A stretch of 64,000 nucleotides of DNA. It comes from Tolypothrix carrinoi HA7290-LM1 (GTDB taxonomy: Bacteria > Cyanobacteriota > Cyanobacteriia > Cyanobacteriales > Nostocaceae). This document shows, in pieces, positions 60,001 to 64,000 of this stretch; positions within the stretch are counted from its first letter, which is position 1, and each line of letters begins with the position of its first letter. The stretch spans positions 1 to 64,000 of the forward strand of contig JAHHIK010000029.1 of the NCBI GenBank assembly GCA_019358935.1, in the 5' to 3' direction. Both the position numbers and the translations under genes were made by a program. The notes under the pieces are model-generated. The model made no database searches. It was not told the origin of the DNA and saw nothing but the letters and a program-made list of their open reading frames with translations.

Positions 60001-63000
60001 TTTGGTGTTCGTTCTACCTGTACTTCAAACAGTTGATGAATGCATTGTTCAATCTTAGATTGAAAATTTGGTATTTGGAATTTATTTGTACTAAATTCTA
60101 GTAACTCTTTACAATCTGCCTCGCTCAAAAGTGGTAAATTGGATAGCCGAGCTTGAGGATTAGTAGCAATACCTGAGAGCAAATTCTGAAAGTGTCTCAG
60201 CATTTTAGCGATGGTGGCAGCATCAAACAAGTCAGTATTGTATTCAAATGAAGCCATCACAGCTTTCTGTGTAATGTTAATAGAGACACTCAAATCAAAC
60301 TGCGCTGTTTCGGTTTCTATTTTTACCGAACTCAACGTCAGACTAGGTATCTCTGGTAACTGTGAGTAATCCTGGATACTGAACATAACTTGAAACAGCG
60401 GTGTGCGACTTGTGTCCCGTTCTGGTTGCACTGCTTCTACCAGTTGGTCAAACGGCAAATCCTGGTGTGTATAGGCTCCTAAAGCCACCTTTCTTACCCG
60501 CGTCAGCAACTCATCAAAAGTCGGGTTGCCGCTCATATCTGTACGTAGTACCAAGGTATTGACAAAAAAGCCAATTAATCCTTTTACTTCATCACGATTG
60601 CGATTAGCGACAGGTGTTCCTACAGCAATATCATCTTGTCCTGTGTAACGGTAGAGAAAAGTCCCAAATGCTGCCAATAGCAACATAAATAAAGTTACAC
60701 CTTCTTGACGAGCGATCGCCTTCAATTGCTTAATTACTACTTCAGACAACTCAATAGATTGTTGAGCACCGTGTGAGGTTTGTACCGCAGGTCGTGGTCG
60801 GTCAGTGGGTAGTTGTAATGCTGCTGGTATACCCTCAAGTTGTTGCTTCCAGTAAGAGAGTTGAGTTTGCAAAATTTCTCCTTGCAACCATTGTCTCTGC
60901 CAGTGTGCAAAGTCTTTGTACTGGATAGAGATTTTTGGTAGAGGTGAAGAAGTTCCGGCTAAGAATGCTTTGTACAGTGATGCCATCTCCTGTAAAAATA
61001 CCTCAGTAGACCAGCCATCAGAGATTATGTGGTGCATCTCCAGTAAAAGAATATGCTCTTGCGGTGCTAAACGCAAAAGTTTAGCACGTAACAACAGTCC
61101 CTGAGTAAGGTCGAAAGGTTGTTGACTTTGTTCAGTCAAGAATTGCTCGACTGCGGCATCTCCCTGTGATTCTATACTTTTTTGATAATCTATTACTGAT
61201 AAAGATAATTTTAGGGAAGCAGCAATAATTTGCATCGGCTGCCCGTTGACTGTAGTAAAAGTGGTTCTGAGAGTTTCATGTCGCCGGATAATTTCATTAA
61301 GACTTTGTTCTAGTAAAGTAACCTCAAGCTCACCTTTGAGATTAACAGCTAAGGAAATGTTGTAAGCTGGGTTACCTGGTTCCAAACGGTCGAGGAACCA
61401 TAGTCGTTGCTGGGCAAAAGACAAAGGATAAACTTCGGCTTTCTGGACTTGGCTAAGAGATTCTCTTGGTATGAAAGCCTCTGCTGTTATTTGAGCGAGT
61501 ATCTTAGTGACGAGCGATCGCGTACTCATCCCTTCAAAGAAGTCTGCTACAGATACTTCTACTTCTAAATCAACCTCAATCCGGTTTTTCAACTCAAATA
61601 CTTTTAAAGAATCAAGTCCCAGAGTGCTTAATGGTTCTTCAGGACTGATATCATCTGGTGCGATCGCCAAAACTCTCGCTTCCTGTTCCATCAGATATGA
61701 TTCTAAAAGTGCTTGACATTCCCTTGGGGAGAGTGCCAAAAGTTGAGAACGCTGTAATCGAGTTTCCTCTCTGACAATATTGCTACTTTTCAGAATATTG
61801 CTGACAACTACATTCAGTTCGCCATTCTGATATTGAGCGTGAGTTGCACGTCGTTGAATCTTACCACTGGAAGTTTTGGGGATACTACCTGGTTTAATTA
61901 AAACAACTGCATAAACTTGTACCTCATGCTCTTCAGTAACCGCTTGGCGAATTGCACTTGCTACTTTTTCTAAATTAGGTTTAGCGCGAAACTCCAATTC
62001 TTGTACAACTACGAGCTTTTCTTCATTGCTAACTTCAACTGTAAATGCTGCATTAGCACCGGGACGCAAGGATGGATGGCTGCTTTCTGCGGTTAATTCT
62101 ATATCCTGCGGGTAAAGATTGCGACCTCGAATAATAATTAAATCTTTGGCTCTACCTGTGATGAAAAGCTCCCCATTCTGCAAAAAACCTAAATCCCCCG
62201 TCCGCAGAAATGGTCCTTCTCCTGTATCTGATAGATAAGCGTGGAATGTCTCCTCTGTCTCCTCTTCACGATTCCAATAACCTTGACCAACACTCAATCC
62301 AGATACCCAGATTTCCCCGATTTCACCTGGTTGACAACTCTTGAGTGTTTCCGGATTGGCAATTACTACCTTCTGTTCTGGTATGACTCGACCGCAGCTG
62401 ACAAAATGGTAAACGTTATCATCTTCAACAGATGATTCAACAACTCGATTCGATTCTAATGCAGATTTCTGGATTGCTTTAACAATCGGTGATGTAGCCT
62501 TTTGCACACCGGAAACCATCAGAGTTGTTTCAGCCATTCCGTAACAGGGGTAGAATGCCTCTTTACGGAAGCCACACTCTGCAAAAGCCACTGCAAACCG
62601 CTCTAAAGTATCGTGGCGAATCGGTTCAGCTCCATTAAATGCTACACTCCAACTACTCAAGTCAAGAGTTGCTTTTTGTTCCGGAGTAATTTTTTGCACA
62701 CATAGATCGTAGGCAAAATTCGGACCTCCGCTTGTTGTCCCTTGATACTTGGAGATAGCCTGCAACCAACGATAAGGACGTTGGAGAAAGGAAGCTGGAG
62801 GCATGATAATGCAAGGAAAACCTCCATACAAAGGTTGCAATATGCCACCAATCAGACCCATATCATGGTACATCGGCAGCCACGTCACGAACTTACTTTC
62901 TGCTGAATGCTCCATGAATTGGTAAGTGGTGTCAGCATTGTGCAATAGGTTCCCATGACTAATCATTACACCCTTGGGTGTCCCCGTAGAACCAGAGGTA

Positions 63001-63599
63001 TATTGCAGAAAAGCTAAAGTATCTTTATTAATAGAGGGTTCTTGCCAACTATCTTCTATTCCCTGTGCAAGATTGTCGGTAGTTAGCCATTGTAACGATC
63101 CTAGGTCAGTCTTTTCTGTCATTAAAGACTCTACTGTAGGCAATATTTCCGTTGTCGTCAGAGCGATCGCTGCTTGTGCCGAAGTAGAAATCGCCTTTAT
63201 TCTCGGTGTATTGCGCTGATTTCTGGGAGGATATGCAGTTACAGCCACAACTCCCGCATATAAGCAACCGAAAAAAGCAACTAAAAAATCTAGTCCTGCT
63301 GGATAAAGCAGTAAAGCGCGTTCCCCAGTCAAACCCAATGCTTGTAATTGAGCAGCTACTCTGCGCGATCGCCTGTCTAATTCCTGATAGGTTAGCGTTA
63401 CTTCTTCTGTTTCCCCATCTAACAAGAAGATAAAAGCATCTCGATTCGGCTGGGTAGAGCTTGCTTTACGCAAGAGTTCAACAACTGTAGAACAGTTGCG
63501 TAAAGCAAGCGCGTCGTTGGCGTAGCCTCTCGTAGAGAAGACATCGCTTTCTTGAAAGCTATGAGAATATTGATTCATTTTTTCGACAGCTAGATGCAC
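57096..63599 (-). CDS. Starter NRPS FAAL-ACP-C-A(interrupted by a methyltransferase)-PCP
   Basis: FAAL motifs LQYTSGSTG.PKG, WLPMYHDMGLIG and IPKTSSGKIQR; ACP GLDSL; HHIISDG. Code is about DVEDLGCISK. A ~350-aa MT lies between A8 and A9. PCP GGHSL. The start may be ATG at 63578. Confidence 0.95.
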   Translation of the reverse strand: MHLAVEKMNQYSHSFQESDVFSTRGYANDALALRNCSTVVELLRKASSTQPNRDAFIFLLDGETEEVTLTYQELDRRSRRVAAQLQALGLTGERALLLYPAGLDFLVAFFGCLYAGVVAVTAYPPRNQRNTPRIKAISTSAQAAIALTTTEILPTVESLMTEKTDLGSLQWLTTDNLAQGIEDSWQEPSINKDTLAFLQYTSGSTGTPKGVMISHGNLLHNADTTYQFMEHSAESKFVTWLPMYHDMGLIGGILQPLYGGFPCIIMPPASFLQRPYRWLQAISKYQGTTSGGPNFAYDLCVQKITPEQKATLDLSSWSVAFNGAEPIRHDTLERFAVAFAECGFRKEAFYPCYGMAETTLMVSGVQKATSPIVKAIQKSALESNRVVESSVEDDNVYHFVSCGRVIPEQKVVIANPETLKSCQPGEIGEIWVSGLSVGQGYWNREEETEETFHAYLSDTGEGPFLRTGDLGFLQNGELFITGRAKDLIIIRGRNLYPQDIELTAESSHPSLRPGANAAFTVEVSNEEKLVVVQELEFRAKPNLEKVASAIRQAVTEEHEVQVYAVVLIKPGSIPKTSSGKIQRRATHAQYQNGELNVVVSNILKSSNIVREETRLQRSQLLALSPRECQALLESYLMEQEARVLAIAPDDISPEEPLSTLGLDSLKVFELKNRIEVDLEVEVSVADFFEGMSTRSLVTKILAQITAEAFIPRESLSQVQKAEVYPLSFAQQRLWFLDRLEPGNPAYNISLAVNLKGELEVTLLEQSLNEIIRRHETLRTTFTTVNGQPMQIIAASLKLSLSVIDYQKSIESQGDAAVEQFLTEQSQQPFDLTQGLLLRAKLLRLAPQEHILLLEMHHIISDGWSTEVFLQEMASLYKAFLAGTSSPLPKISIQYKDFAHWQRQWLQGEILQTQLSYWKQQLEGIPAALQLPTDRPRPAVQTSHGAQQSIELSEVVIKQLKAIARQEGVTLFMLLLAAFGTFLYRYTGQDDIAVGTPVANRNRDEVKGLIGFFVNTLVLRTDMSGNPTFDELLTRVRKVALGAYTHQDLPFDQLVEAVQPERDTSRTPLFQVMFSIQDYSQLPEIPSLTLSSVKIETETAQFDLSVSINITQKAVMASFEYNTDLFDAATIAKMLRHFQNLLSGIATNPQARLSNLPLLSEADCKELLEFSTNKFQIPNFQSKIEQCIHQLFEVQVERTPNAVAVVFDNQHLTYKELNQRANQLAHYLKTLGVRPEVLVGICIQRSLEMVVGLLAILKAGGAYLPLDTAYPKERLALMLKDAQVSVLLTTSVQCDALPEHQSQVICLDTDWQTIAENSQDNPINQTQPENLAYLIYTSGSTGTPKGVMIQHRSLSTYINTTCIEFALKSSDRILQFTSISFDVAAEEIFSCLLQGATLILRTDQMLSSISEFLYQCNNLELTILDLPTSFWHQLTDELSTGNLVLPVTVRLVLIGGEKADPSRLKIWQQQVGEQVRLVNCYGPTETTISATMCDLSTVTSLKTVGCELPIGKPINNIQTYILDSSLELVPIGVPGELYIGGMGVARGYRNRPELTAEKFIPNPYTTEAGARLYQTGDLVRYRLDGNIEFLGRIDYQVKIRGFRIELGEIEALLNQHSDVQESVVMDREDVSGNKRLVAYIVPEKRQGNLLSEQDNQQKDQIELWPSVGEYPVYDEFLYYAMTNDYLRNHSYKVAINQLVKDKVVVEIGTGKDAILSRFCVEAGAKKVYAIEIGEEAYRQAEANINNLGLSDKITLIHGDATQVNLPELADICVSEIMGTIAGSEGVTVILNDARRFLKQDGVMIPFKAITKIAPACLPDELLDNPRFTELTAYYTEQVFEEVGYPFDLRLCINKFPKSNIISNVENFENLDFTRFVAPEYCHEVSFTINKDSRLDGFLLWLSLETVPGEVIDILDHEYSWLPVYFPVFYPGIQVSVGDTIQAFCKGTLSDNNLNPDYEIKGRLIKINGEKIEFEYKSYHHQRVFKQTPFYERLFSQFGSNKRINPGNLAQRLRDYLKEHLPEYMVPSSFIMLNALPLSPNGKLDRRALPTPKDLSSNLAFAHVAPCNEVEKTIATIWQEVLHLETVGINDNFFDLGGHSLLALQVQSKLQQLFPKNVLITDLFKYPNISSLANYLIQDQSQKDSFKEIRGRAEKQKAAVNRKKRLRTS
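63498..63548. repeat. Nostoc-type small dispersed repeat(s), in frame in the FAAL N-terminus
   Basis: Minus strand AGCGATGTCTTCTCTACGAGAGGCTACGCCAACGACGCGCTTGCTTTACGC encodes SDVFSTRGYANDALALR. Confidence 0.6.
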
Positions 63600-64000
63600 C
63601 CTAACACACTACTCATCTGACTCTCACTCTCACAAGAGAAAAATAAGCAGCAAATCCTTAATAATAACACAAAGTCTCAGCTTTGTTTGTCTACGCACGA
63701 TTATAAATTACTAGGTTCTGTATTTTTGCCAGATGCCTAAAATCCGAGAATTTCGGAGATAACACTAAATATTGATGCGATCAACAAACTTAATGTTAGT
63801 TTAACTATTGTTCAATCTGACTGTAGAGGCAGTTAATACTGTCCCTGTAATCGTGAAAATATGCCTAAAAGCATATGTTTTTATGAGATTTATCACGTTA
63901 TGGAGTATTTTCATCACATACCTCCTCTGATTACTACTTCTCATCTACGAGACTTATTAATCTCAAAATCTCAAGTTTAGTAGTCAACTAAACTAAGGTT

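Noticed and set aside
2562..63433. Numerous 60-125 aa plus-strand and off-frame minus-strand ORFs
   Set aside because: They lie within or largely overlap long, motif-rich minus-strand genes. They are shadow ORFs, and several recur only because the host domains are paralogous.
54793..63599. Assignment as a cyanochelin-type beta-hydroxyaspartate siderophore cluster (FAAL plus AspH)
   Set aside because: No Asp-specific A domain, no Cys heterocyclisation domains and no TonB-dependent receptor in the window.
23450..63599. Assignment as puwainaphycin/minutissamide, hassallidin or microcystin-type cluster
   Set aside because: No aminotransferase domain for a beta-amino fatty acid, and the module number and specificities do not fit.

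Overview
Cyanobacterial DNA, Nostocales-like (frequent HIP1 GCGATCGC, Nostoc-type small dispersed repeats). Almost the whole window is one ~63 kb minus-strand hybrid NRPS/PKS lipopeptide cluster that looks complete. Order in the direction of transcription: FAAL-ACP-C-A(basic residue?, PRMT-like methyltransferase inserted)-PCP; glycosyltransferase; Asp/Asn beta-hydroxylase-like dioxygenase; PKS KS-AT-MT-KR-ACP; FkbK/ACP/FkbI/FkbH hydroxymalonyl-ACP cassette; NRPS C-A(Thr)-PCP-E; NRPS C-A(Gly)-PCP-C-A(Thr)-PCP; PKS KS-AT-KR*-ACP-E; NRPS C-A(Gly, luciferase-like monooxygenase inserted)-PCP; PLP aspartate 1-decarboxylase; two KS-AT-KR-ACP PKSs; SAM methyltransferase; NRPS C-A(beta-Ala)-PCP-TE(Cys); P450; SDR; sucrase/ferredoxin-like protein; MATE; MbtH; SDR; and a type II thioesterase pseudogene cut by mobile-element remnants (IS630 3' end and a possible Tn3-like inverted repeat). 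I do not recognise this architecture as a characterised cluster. Substrate calls are hand-read Stachelhaus codes and domain boundaries are approximate.
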